Notes under the pieces: generated by a model
Told to the model about the DNA's origin: nothing
What the model saw: only the letters and a program-made list of their open reading frames with translations
Database searches by the model: none
Shown: positions 1 through 10,689 of the stretch, piece by piece
Position numbering within the stretch: the stretch's first letter is position 1
How the letters are laid out: every line of letters starts with the position of its first letter
Assembly (NCBI GenBank): GCA_002256025.1
Contig: NKIB01015135.1
Coordinates: forward strand, 1 to 38,063
From: Asterionella formosa
Taxonomy: Eukaryota
DNA: 38,063 nucleotides
Reading direction: 5' to 3'
Translations under genes and position numbers: made by a program

Positions 1-234
1 AGAACTCATGCATATAATGAACAAGAGGCGGCATAGCATACAAGAGGATGCATCGATATGAAAATTTAACTGTTGAAAATTAAAGTTAAAAATATATATA
101 ATGTCAGAGAAGTAATCTAAAATATCTCTATTATCAGAGCGCAAGGACGATATTATGTAGCAGATCACCAGAATAATTTTTGTTATAATACACACATGAT
201 ATAATAATTTTTTATTATCAGAGCGCGCCCACTG
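1..234. mobile_element. Probable right end of a Tc1/pogo-like DNA transposon (rest lies outside the window)
   Basis: Ends ...GAGCGCGCCCACTG|TA (reverse complement TA|CAGTGGGCGCGCTC, the CAGT start plus TA target typical of Tc1/pogo TIRs). A 14-bp subterminal direct repeat TATTATCAGAGCGC sits at 129-142 and 213-226. The partner TIR is not visible. Confidence 0.5.
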
Positions 235-236
235 TA

Positions 237-2109
237 AGGCTGGTTGCATCAAAAAAATAATTATAGTAGCCCACGTAGCGCTGGTACAAAATATTATCCT
301 TATCCCTACCATAGGAAGGAATATCGCGCCGATTTGTTTGCTTCGATTGGCTCACCATGTTGCTCAATATCGCTGCCGTTTCCTGTGCAAAAGTGATTCC
401 CCGAAGGCTTTTATATTCGTTTGTATAGTCATGAGTGAAATGCTTTTGGGGAATCACTTTTTCACATGATATTTAAAAAGTTATAGCAATATCTGTAATG
501 GCCGCCATCAGTGACCCTGCCATTCATGATGTTTGGTTGCCGGTCGATCAATTCAGGGAATATCTTCACGAAAAGTACTCTTTTGGCGATAATATACAAT
601 TTAATTCTAATAGATTGATAAGGTATCTCAATAAGGTTTTTCCAAATCAATCTTTGGAGTCAAACAAGGTCACAATTTCCACAGGCAAGAAGGTGATGGT
701 ATTTCGACATGAGTATCAAACGAAAGTCAAAAGTAGGCAAATATTTATTTACATTACAGGAAAGACTGTATCAGCGGTTCCTAAGCTTCCTAGATATGAT
801 AATTCATCTGAATGGGAAGACAAATGTGTTCCATTGAAGAGGCTACTAAGAAACGGAAGCTGGGGTAATGATGGTCAAAATTTTCGTGATGGTCACCACC
901 ACGTAAATTCATCTAGTAGTGGTAGTAGTAATTAACCTCAACTAAATGAGAAAAGAAGTGAATCTACCTACTGCCTTTGATTCAAGTAGTAAAATTACTA
1001 TGACTGGTCTAGGAGATGAATTAAATTCAAGGAAAAGGAGAAGAAGAAGGCAAAGAAGCAACTAGTAGACTATTAGTATTGCTTGGGGGGAGTGATGAAT
1101 CATCAGAACACCATTTGTTAGAGAGTTCGACTATGAGGCAAACTCAGAAGGCTACTGGTCCTATCAGCACATGGTATTGCAGCTCGAAGATTGCGTTGAT
1201 GTTCTCAAAGTACTCTACCCTCAATTCGATTTCTTGTTTCTTTTTGATCACTCCTGTAGGCACAACCGTCAGAAAGAAGATGGCTTAAATGTGGAACAAA
1301 TGACTAAGTCCTATGGAGGTGCCCAAAACGGTTGAGAAATATGGCAAACACATGGTTACCAGGGACCTCACTTACCTAAGCTGGAACCAGGACAAACGCA
1401 ATCAATATTATTCAGAATAGATGACACCAGACCATTCTGGATGACTCAAGCCGAACGAGATCAAAAGCGCCATGACTTGGTACTGGAAGGACAAACAATC
1501 ACACAACAATACACAAAGGATGAGCTCCTTAAACAACTAAGGCAAAGATGAATATTAGCAAAGGGTAAGAAGCAAGCAATACAGTCTAAGGCGCAAGAAC
1601 ACAACTTACCAATTGAAGAGACTAAAGCAAAATTTATCGAAGGATGGGATAATAAACCAAAGGGTCTGTTGCAGGTACTTTGGGAGTGTGGATTTATTGA
1701 CGAATTGAGATTGGAGAACTACACGTTTATTGGAAAGCAGGATGCATTTGGATTTGTTCAGAAAGACTTTTCTTTGAAGTTGATGAAGGGAAACTGTCTT
1801 GATTTCGAGGAAGAGGAGACACTATTGCAGTCAATGGGAATGGAAATGGGAGTACTTGCTGTCCGAACGCCGAAATGTCACTGTGAACTTGCAGGAGAGG
1901 AAATCGATTATTCTTGGGGTTGCGCCAAGAATTTTTACCATCGGGTTTCTCTGAAGAGGAAAAAGGGTAAAGAGGACTTCAGGTCTGTGGTGCGAGAGAG
2001 CCTGTCAAGAGACAAAGTGTTAACAACAAAAAGGATAAGACATTTTTCAAGGCGAGCAAGATTGATGATGGGCAATACTGTACCACGTACTCACTTAATA
2101 ATCCCATGA
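237..2109 (+). mobile_element. Degenerate IS630/Tc1/mariner-superfamily (DDE_3-like) DNA transposon, copy 1
   Basis: Frameshift-joined translation from ~1108 reads PFVREFDYEANSEGYWSYQHMVLQLEDCVDVLKVLYPQFDFLFLFDHSC...EGWDNKPKGLLQVLWECGFID...RTPKCHCELAGEEIDYSWGCAKNFY, which resembles the Tc1-type 'FDN/H' and 'PxxHxELNPIExxW' motifs. There are frameshifts near 1325-1350 and an in-frame TGA near 1549. 237-1612 is repeated at 34305-35712. The right end was not found. Confidence 0.8.
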
Positions 2110-2870
2110 TTCAAAAAGCAAACAAGGACCACAGGAATATCAGCACCTGATGAGGAACCCTAACCACAATGATGTAAGGGTACTAGCACCAGGTTTACAG
2201 GTAAAATAGAGAGATGCAAATGATGTAAGGAGTATGATATTAGGGCGTTTTGCTCATCGTCACCATCACACGAAGGCAAAGCTATATCAAAAGTTACATC
2301 ATCTAGAAAGTATAATACATATAAGGGTATGAATGTAGTCACTACAAGATATGTGGGCTAGACGCATAATAGCCTTTCTGCTACGCGGTATTAGGTTGAA
2401 GGCTGAGCCAAGGAAGAAGTCCTGTCCAAGTTGCGAAATCGGTTCTGTCCTCAACTAAGCCCTAAGCAAGGAGGCGAGCGTTGCTTTGGATCTTATCAAG
2501 CAGGCAACAACGAGTTATGGAACAAAGCAATTCGAATATTACCAATATCTGTCAGAGGGTGGTATTGCTGCATAGCACGAATGAATACCGGTAGTGGTGT
2601 TTGACATTGCCATATCCAATCCTCATGAATATATATATTCTAGCATGCGTGATATCTAGCGAATAGGTCTATGTCAGGGGGTCCGGTCCACTGAATAATG
2701 CATTCTAAATCTTTTAAATTGAAGAATGAATGGAAATGAACTATCACTTCCATGACGAAATGTAATGCAGAAAGACAAAAGCAAGGTACAAAAAGATTCC
2801 TGTCGTCAGTGAGATTTCTTGGGAAAATGGCTGACGACAGCCATTGAAAATGTATTTTACAATCATTTGC

Positions 2871-3665
2871 TCACACCACTTCTGGAGTCTCTTCAGTGAG
2901 TTTGAGTTTTTCTCGTTCCACCACAGAGTATGAGTTGCTGCTGCGACTGTGGCGGGCGACAATATACGCACTTCCGAGACACCCACCTACTAGACAGAGC
3001 ATACAGATACTCAATCCAAGAACGAGGAAAAGTTCCATTCGATGCGTTTCCTTTTCCATTTCTTTATTCTGATTGATGTAGATGTCATCGGTAATATAAC
3101 CATTGTGTTCTTTAGTGGGTTTGTTCAGGGCAGCCAATTGCGCCGCTTTATCAGCAGTGCAATTCACGCTCAAATGAGTAGCACCCAAGGGAAATGTCCA
3201 TCCTTTCCCACAAGCAAAGGACAGGTAGATGGCCTCGTCCTTCTTCAACGAGTAGCACCGAGTATAGTCGCCAACACATTCATCGCCCCAGCTTTGGACA
3301 TAATCCATAATCTGATAGTTTCCACCACCTACGTTGACATGATTATCATCGGAACAAACACTGGAGGTTGAAAAGGGACCTTCGTCGTCGTTACCAGTAC
3401 TCTTATGGAAGGTAAAGGCGCAGGGGAGGATAGAGGAGGAATATTTCCCACGAACGTTGACACTAGGTGACTCGCAAGAATGGGTCAATTTCCCACTAGT
3501 TTCAGGATTGCCATCCCAACCCTCACCACCGAAACCGTTGAAACCACTAGAAAGGACGTCATCACTCTTAGTTGTCATCGTGACGGTGGAGCAATTTGGG
3601 ACAGAGCTGCTTTCTACAACTACCAAGAAACTAAGCACCTTGAGCAAGGATGTAAGAACCTTCAT
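2871..3665 (-). CDS. Hypothetical type I single-pass membrane protein with Cys-rich ectodomain (264 aa)
   Basis: Intact ATG ORF with an N-terminal hydrophobic signal (MKVLTSLLKVLSFLVVVES), about 10 Cys in the ectodomain, a TM helix (LFLVLGLSICMLCLVGGCLGSAYIV) and a short cytoplasmic tail. Confidence 0.75.
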   Translation of the reverse strand: MKVLTSLLKVLSFLVVVESSSVPNCSTVTMTTKSDDVLSSGFNGFGGEGWDGNPETSGKLTHSCESPSVNVRGKYSSSILPCAFTFHKSTGNDDEGPFSTSSVCSDDNHVNVGGGNYQIMDYVQSWGDECVGDYTRCYSLKKDEAIYLSFACGKGWTFPLGATHLSVNCTADKAAQLAALNKPTKEHNGYITDDIYINQNKEMEKETHRMELFLVLGLSICMLCLVGGCLGSAYIVARHSRSSNSYSVVEREKLKLTEETPEVV

Positions 3666-4430
3666 GTTTTTATTTTTACCTGGAAATCGAATAGATTATG
3701 AACCAAGTCTAATACCCTGTTGTTGCATTATTTAACTTTCAAAAAATCTTATAAAATCCTAAGATATGTACCAACACGATATCATAGAAATATGTACCCC
3801 GGAAGAACACGACTAAAGGGTGCTGATTCAGAATTATGTACCTAGACGCACGACCTCGGCAATCTTTTCTTGCGTGATGGCTATTTTTTTTAACAACCAT
3901 ATACCGGTAATACAGCAATTCAATTTATATGAAATATTCTTAGTATGTACCTTTATAGAACTTCGGAGTTCTCTGAGTACTACATATTCTACACGACGGT
4001 TGATAAAATACTGGCTGGAAGCAGTTGCAAGAAGACCACCTCACCCCTACATGTAGAGATTCCCGGCAATAATTATATGATAAATAGTAATGATATATAT
4101 TATATATACGGTGGTCATTGTTATAATCTTTACAACGAAGTTTCGTAGACAGTATTGTTTGTTAGTTTTTATAATTATTTGTACGCTTTTAGCAACCGAA
4201 ATTTTTGAAGACTTTTCGTCGAGTTAATTTCGAGCACTCATTCGTGTTGCTTCGATGGCTGACGAAGATTTCGCAGTGGTGTCAGATACTACAGGGGCCA
4301 TGTACCGGAAGTCTGCTAAACTGATCATCATTGTCTCAGTTCCAATTAACTTAAATTCAAGCATTTGCTTACAAGAACCCTCACTCAACAAAAAATAAGT
4401 AGATGTACTGTCGTTCTATTGAAAACAATT

Positions 4431-4461
4431 TGTGTGTGTGTGGTGTGTGTGTGTGTGTGTG
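4431..4461. repeat. (TG)n microsatellite, interrupted
   Basis: tgtgtgtgtgtggtgtgtgtgtgtgtgtgtg. Confidence 0.9.
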
Positions 4462-5034
4462 CTATATTTTGACCCTTAGCGTTAGTTGCACAGTCAGTAT
4501 ACGACATGATGTGTTTTCCGCTACATCTGACCTCATTAGATTCAGCAGATAATACAGCATATATCATATATTTAGAGTTGCTCACTTTATCTGATATCCC
4601 TGACGGCTCTGACCACTCTATTGATGGTGATTTCTGAATTGGGGATCAAAAGTCTGGATTGTCCACTCTCCAGTGACTGCTGAGGCCGGAACACACATGT
4701 TCTGCAAACTGGACTCGTACCTAGGGAAGAGTCCTTGCTTTTCTTTTCACCACCAATTACACAAATAATAGGTGTATATAAGGGGAGCTAAGTCCACTGC
4801 ATGCATAATATCTATAGTAGTGTATGTAATATGAAAATGTACAATTACTTCTTCATCCCCGCGATTTAGAAGCTATCTCCTTGGATGAAAATGGAATTCA
4901 AAAAAGAAATGAAATGGCCAATAGGAGCTTTTTGTTTTCATTTGTTGTATTCTTGCAGTGGCATACAGAAATGTAATTCGCATTCATGTTATTATTCTCA
5001 CGCCATGCTTTGATCCATTCTACTGTTTCGTTCA

Positions 5035-5457
5035 TCATCGGAATATTGCTTTTATCGTTTCACCAGCAATTGCATGCAGCGCAGCATCTTGGACTTTTCC
5101 TACCAACTTTGAAAGTCCAGTCTTTTCCAATTCTTCGACCTTCACGTCAGTATTCATTTCGTTATTAGTCTGCTGCAGCAAGGATATGACTGGACTGCCA
5201 CTGGGATATGCCTTCAATGCAAGTTCAAGAGGCGTGGAGCCACCAATGAAACTGCTGATACGGATTGATTCAGGAAAAGCGATAATCAACATCTCTATTA
5301 GCTCCAATGGAGCACCGCCTTCGCAGGCCCGGTGAATAGGGAGGAGCCCAAAAGTATCAATCCTTCTTGCCCCTTCTGGCTTTTCCTGAACGCTGTCGAC
5401 AGCAGAAGTCCAATTTTTGAAGAAAAGAAGTACAGGCAGGGAATAAAATTTTGTCAT
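5035..5457 (-). CDS. Short ankyrin-repeat-like protein (140 aa), possibly a fragment
   Basis: Ankyrin-like motifs GLLPIHRACEGGAPLELIEMLIIAFPESIR and GSTPLELAL; ATG start. Confidence 0.65.
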   Translation of the reverse strand: MTKFYSLPVLLFFKNWTSAVDSVQEKPEGARRIDTFGLLPIHRACEGGAPLELIEMLIIAFPESIRISSFIGGSTPLELALKAYPSGSPVISLLQQTNNEMNTDVKVEELEKTGLSKLVGKVQDAALHAIAGETIKAIFR

Positions 5458-5647
5458 ATGTTATAGTGATGATGAAGCGATGAACAAAGAGTTCAGTTTG
5501 TCGACAAAGTGTTTTGTGGAACTGAGCAATTCAAACGAATTTGATTTATGGACACATCTAAATTTTGTTTTATATTTTGAGTTAGGTAACATAACATATA
5601 CACTGGTACACAGCACATACCAGTGTATCCCTTGAATCATGCACTGA

Positions 5648-6613
5648 GGCCATTGCTAACCGTTGACCCAAACCAAAATCCAAAAACTTATTTTTGGATT
5701 GGTTTTGGTTTTGGTCAACTGACGCAAAAACGATGCTATCGGTTTTTGGGAAATCCTAAATGTTGTCAACCACCCATCTACTGTGACGTAGGACGACAAA
5801 ACCATTATAAAAAAAGTAAAATATTTCTATTAGACTACTTTTATAAATGAAATATTATGATTCCTATTTGGGAATTAGTTAGTTTTCCCCGCAATTTACC
5901 GGTAGTGCCATAAATATATATAATCCGACCACACTTCTTCATGATGAAATACAAACTGACAGCAGTTTCAGCAACCCAGACAGAATTGAATGCCGCAAAC
6001 AAAAACAATGGTGTCTTGGTACAAACAAATTGGCCATGCGCCATTACCTGCAACAAAACATCTACTGCTTACTTACCAGATATATTGATACAATGGGATG
6101 TGGCGATGCACCAGTCCCAGCCAGTTGCCGGAGCTATACCGCCACCAGCAGCCTCAGTTGAAGAGGACGACGAAGATGAAGTCGTGGTGACAGAAGATTG
6201 ATTTATGTGTTCCGCATAATGAATCGAAGTCGATTTGTTGTTGTTGTTATTGTTCTCGCCAGTGTGGTATGGTACCTGGTACCAGTACCGTATGGTAGCT
6301 ATTGTTGTGTATAGATATGATATACCGGTACCGGCATATGATGCGTCCTATATGTAGTGATCCTGCGACGATATTTATTGGGTTTCTAGTGACTACATTC
6401 AAAGTAGACAATATGGAATCCTACGTATAGGTAACTTTGGGAGAAAAAAACCTAAACGTAATGCGTTTGGGTAACTTAGTGGGATATGGGCACGGAATCC
6501 CTAAACGTAATGCGTTTGCGTTGGGTTTTTCACTCCCGTTAGCATCGTTTTTTAGGGTTACCGAAACCAAAACACTGTTTGGTTTGCGTTTTGGTCCACT
6601 GTTAGCAACGGCC
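5648..6613. mobile_element. PIF/Harbinger-like non-autonomous element (966 bp) with 3-bp TGA target-site duplication
   Basis: Left end GGCCATTGCTAACCGTTGACCCAAAC versus right-end reverse complement GGCCGTTGCTAACAGTGGACCAAAAC (22/26 match), flanked by TGA at 5645-47 and 6614-16. A subterminal inverted repeat lies at 5726-42/6536-52 (16/17) and a direct repeat CCTAAACGTAATGCGTTTG at 6451-69 and 6500-18. Confidence 0.75.
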
Positions 6614-6774
6614 TGATGATTGGCAATAATAGGCCTACTCAATTGATATTCCCATGATTCAAAGCAAACCCTAACCACATTGAGGAACAATAGAGTTGCA
6701 CATGATTGGATGGGAGTATACCAGTATTATGGTTTGCTTGTTTGTCGTCTATAACCGGTAGATATCACCCATTC

Positions 6775-6817
6775 TAGGTACCGGTACCAGGGTACCAGGT
6801 ACCAGGTACCGGTACCT
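6775..6817. repeat. GGTACC-rich palindromic tract (densest example of a recurrent motif)
   Basis: ctaggtaccggtaccagggtaccaggtaccaggtaccggtacc; similar tracts occur at ~7013-7086, 8118-8160, 12417-12450, 13872-13900, 27283-27321, 27789-27850 and 29368-29420. Confidence 0.85.
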
Positions 6818-9096
6818 ACTCGAGGATTTAGAATACGAAATGTCGGTGGAAGAATTGTTGACAAGTGAGGATGCCGTTGCAGCACATGGTACAGACGTAC
6901 CACAGAATAATGAAGACATCATTCAATGGTGGTGACGCTACCTGTGCAAGTTGCGGTCATTTTGATGAAATAAACAAATTGATCTGGGATAAAGAAAGAG
7001 CTAAAGTATCACAGGTACCCGGTACCTGGTACCTAGTTTCAGGACAATTATGGCAACTTGCTAGTGTACCTGGAGTACCTGGTACCATCGTCATTGGCAT
7101 GGCCTAACAATGGTTTGTCATGATGATCTCGTCTCTTCTGATGGCCTACCGGTATGTACACCCATTTACATAATGTGCATACAGTGATGGTACATACGTA
7201 ATAATTTTAAATAAGACCATGATATTTTGTAGTACCCACATAGTACTTGGCATACTTTGTATGATTATAACAAACATACCAATACATGCATAGCATACTG
7301 TAGCATATGTAGGGAGATACAATCTTCGTGATGTGAAAGGGCAAAAATTCCGGAAAACAATATTGGTAGCAATGGGCAACAACGACTGGTGATATTCTGG
7401 CAGGTGACCAGCAAGCAAGCAAGGAAAGCTTAGGAGGATCTCCTTCATTGTAGAAGGGTAATCATGAATCATATTAATGTTTTGATTCAAGCTTCACATG
7501 GATGATCAAAGGGGACAAGACAGGATGGCATTAGATTCAACAATTTGCCAATCAATCAACAATCAACAGCAAAAACTCTCCAGGACAATTAGTAAGCAAA
7601 TCTGCCTCTAATTGACCAGCACTTGAAGTTATTACAACCCTTTTCATTTTAGCTGGTATATTCTATCATTTGGTGCAACTTACATGGTGGAGGTGATGGT
7701 TGAGATTATTATTTAAACAATGATGATATTATCGGTAGTACCGGCAGTTGAATTGCACACCAAGGGGGTCTCGATGTTTCTACTATCATTACATACGTCA
7801 ATAATTTTCATAGTGCATTAGTACTACCAGTAGCCTTGCTACAGGATCATTGTATTCATTGCGTTCCATGGCCCAGAAAACTCGGTGGGGCAGTGGATAC
7901 AAGTTTGAGGTGGTAACACATGCCATTTATGCTCAGCCATAACCTTGCACTTGTGTTGATCACATCTCTCATAACGATGAATACCAGGTACTGTGGTACC
8001 TCTGTTCGCAGGAAAATGCTCCATGCCCTTTTCTACTCCATACTGTTCAACCGCTATGTATGTATCGATATCGGTAGTAGTACGTTACCAGTTGCCTATT
8101 TCCAGGGTACGTATAGAACCGGTACCGGTGCACTATCGGTACCTGGTACCAGGTGCCGGTAGTCTATTTTAGCGATTTTATGCCGATGCCGCCCAACGGA
8201 ATCCAAGAAAGATTTTTCGACTCCCTCCTCCCTCAGTCCCAATTACTATAGTTCGACGTCAGTGTTCTCATGACGTGTGTTCGCCATCCTAGGAAAAGGG
8301 AGTCTGGCACGGCATCTGGTGGAAACTAGCGTTGAAGAACCATGTTGACGGTTCTCATCGTCGACAGACCACGAAGAGTCTGCGTTTTGCAAGTATTAAT
8401 TAATGAATACCGGAATTCAGTAGATGATGGTTTGGATGTATGAAATGGTATCATACATTATATTTATATCAAGTCTCGTTCAACCAGTTTAAATTAAATA
8501 ATATATGAAAAATCATATTACTTTCTAATTTGCATCAATTATGAATGTGATGTTTGCTCCAATTTTTAGATGACCAAATGCGCACGTGACTTGGCTCTTC
8601 TCCTTCCATCACTCACACTTTTTCTTCCTTCTCCCTCCAAGATCTTTTTTCTTGTGTGTGAGCTGTGGTTGTGCCTCCATCATCTCTCTCGATCATCGTT
8701 GACACTCCAACGAGAACGACTTGCCGGTGATTCCATTTATTCCATTGAATGACGGTACAAGTTCCAATCCTTGTTTGTGTGTAAATTGTTCAAATCGAGA
8801 AGAAAATACCAAATTCTAGTTTCTCGAACTAAACACGAATTACCGTACTCTATAGTACCGTGTCAATGCAAATACCGTAGACAAAACTACCCGTACTGAT
8901 TGAAACTCCGGCCCACCTGAGCGTCGTGCCAAATACCCTCCTCCTACACACGGGTGTATCATTGTGTTGTTTTGAATTCAAATTCTCCAAATCATATCAT
9001 ATATATCAACAATATCATACAGGTATATACTTTCTATTTTGGCATTGACAGTTCCGATCCCGGTACACTGGTATACTCATTGTTCTAATTATAGCA

Positions 9097-9136
9097 CAAA
9101 CGAAACGAAACGAAACAAAACAAAACAAAACGAAAC
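9097..9136. repeat. (AAACG)/(AAAAC) pentanucleotide repeat in the 5' region of the 9166 gene
   Basis: aaacgaaacgaaacgaaacaaaacaaaacaaaacgaaacg. Confidence 0.85.
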
Positions 9137-9165
9137 GTATCCAATCCAGCCAAACCCATTACACA

Positions 9166-10581
9166 ATGACGCTCAACTCTTGTGTGCCACTACTGCTACT
9201 GCTACTGTTATCGTCGACTGGAACAACGTGCGCATTAACACATGTCACAATTACATCCAAGAGTCCCATCGGAAGTAGTGCCATTACATTTGCCAGAATC
9301 AAGACAAGACGTCAAGATACCTCTTCGTCTTCCTCGAATCATCATCATCATCATCATGATACTCATCATGACAAGGAACAAGGATGGAGACGAGCCATCA
9401 TTTCACGTTTGGTCTTGCCTGGACGAAAGAAACGAACAACGACAAGTCAGCTAATGGTAACGACGGCTAGTATGAGTGATGCAATGACATGGCCACAAAA
9501 GCAATATCAATCAAGTGCATCTACTGTTACTACTACTACTACTACTGCTGCTACAAGAAATACCATGTGGAATACAACCACTTTTATATTGTATCCATCC
9601 AATAACATGACTTTATCAACATCATCTCCCTATGCTTCCAACTATCGGACATGGCAAACCCCAACATTGGCATTGGAAAATGTGGATTCCATTGACTCGA
9701 CAACAACAACTACTACTGCTGCTGCAGTGACGACCAAATCAACACCTACCAATACTCAGTTTGAAGGTGGATCCATGGCCATCCGCATGACACGGTCCTA
9801 TATTGAATTTGCTTTACTATCACTCATTCAACGACATACTATTGATACACCACACTCTCTCATTGTCAAGGTGGCACCCACCAATGTATTGGGACGCATT
9901 GTCCGAGGTACTTGCAAGGCAGATGTCATGGCATCCTTTCAACAGTTGAACTTTTTGCCATTGAAACTATCCTCGGGGACTGTCGAAGCCAAGCGCTTGA
10001 AACTAAACTTGTTAAGTTTCATTTCCCCCATTCGACATTTACAAGTACGATTTCCATCATCCTTTGATTTACTTTTTACAAACTTGACTTGGACAGAACA
10101 AGATTTACTATCTAGTCGTTGCATTAAACGTGGACTCGAGGGGTTGTTGGTTCGCATCTTGTCCAGAATTCGACTCAAACCTGACAGTTGTACCATCACA
10201 TCCATTACTATTTTATCTACTGGACAATTGTCAATATCTGGACATGCATCATCCACACTACTGCATGTCCCATTTTGTGTCAAATGTTCACATGTTGATA
10301 TTGCTAGTCGAGGACATGTCATTTCCTTTTCAGGAGTACAAGTAAGTGTCGCAATGGGACTCTTTGTACAAGTTCAAGAAAAGGTTGATTTAGATATTGG
10401 TCACAATGCAAGAATGGATTCGATTGTATTGAATCAGGGGACATTGGCCCTGACAGGACAAGCAACTATTACTCCAACAAGAAAAGTGACTGCCTATCGA
10501 CAATCTGCAGAATCATATTCAGCTCATGCCTTTTTCGATGTTGGTCAATGGTTGACTCGACTTGGGAACTTTACGGCATGA
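9166..10581 (+). CDS. Signal-peptide protein with Thr/Ser-rich linker and beta-rich C-terminal domain, possibly DUF2993/LmeA-like (471 aa)
   Basis: Long intact ORF with a signal peptide (PLLLLLLLSSTGTTCA), His/Thr low-complexity N-half and an ordered C-terminal domain with alternating hydrophobic strands plus 'LTWTEQDLLSS'. The domain family is a tentative inference. Confidence 0.7.
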   Translation: MTLNSCVPLLLLLLLSSTGTTCALTHVTITSKSPIGSSAITFARIKTRRQDTSSSSSNHHHHHHDTHHDKEQGWRRAIISRLVLPGRKKRTTTSQLMVTTASMSDAMTWPQKQYQSSASTVTTTTTTAATRNTMWNTTTFILYPSNNMTLSTSSPYASNYRTWQTPTLALENVDSIDSTTTTTTAAAVTTKSTPTNTQFEGGSMAIRMTRSYIEFALLSLIQRHTIDTPHSLIVKVAPTNVLGRIVRGTCKADVMASFQQLNFLPLKLSSGTVEAKRLKLNLLSFISPIRHLQVRFPSSFDLLFTNLTWTEQDLLSSRCIKRGLEGLLVRILSRIRLKPDSCTITSITILSTGQLSISGHASSTLLHVPFCVKCSHVDIASRGHVISFSGVQVSVAMGLFVQVQEKVDLDIGHNARMDSIVLNQGTLALTGQATITPTRKVTAYRQSAESYSAHAFFDVGQWLTRLGNFTA

Positions 10582-10689
10582 TATATATATATACATTTAT
10601 ACAAACACAAACAACATTATATTTTACACATAGTATACAGTAGGATATCAAGACAGCAATCTAAATGACACACATACAACTCTGCACTT

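Noticed and set aside
6775..8160. GGTACC clusters as a CRISPR-like or restriction-site array
   Set aside because: No constant-length repeat-spacer periodicity, eukaryotic context and no cas genes.
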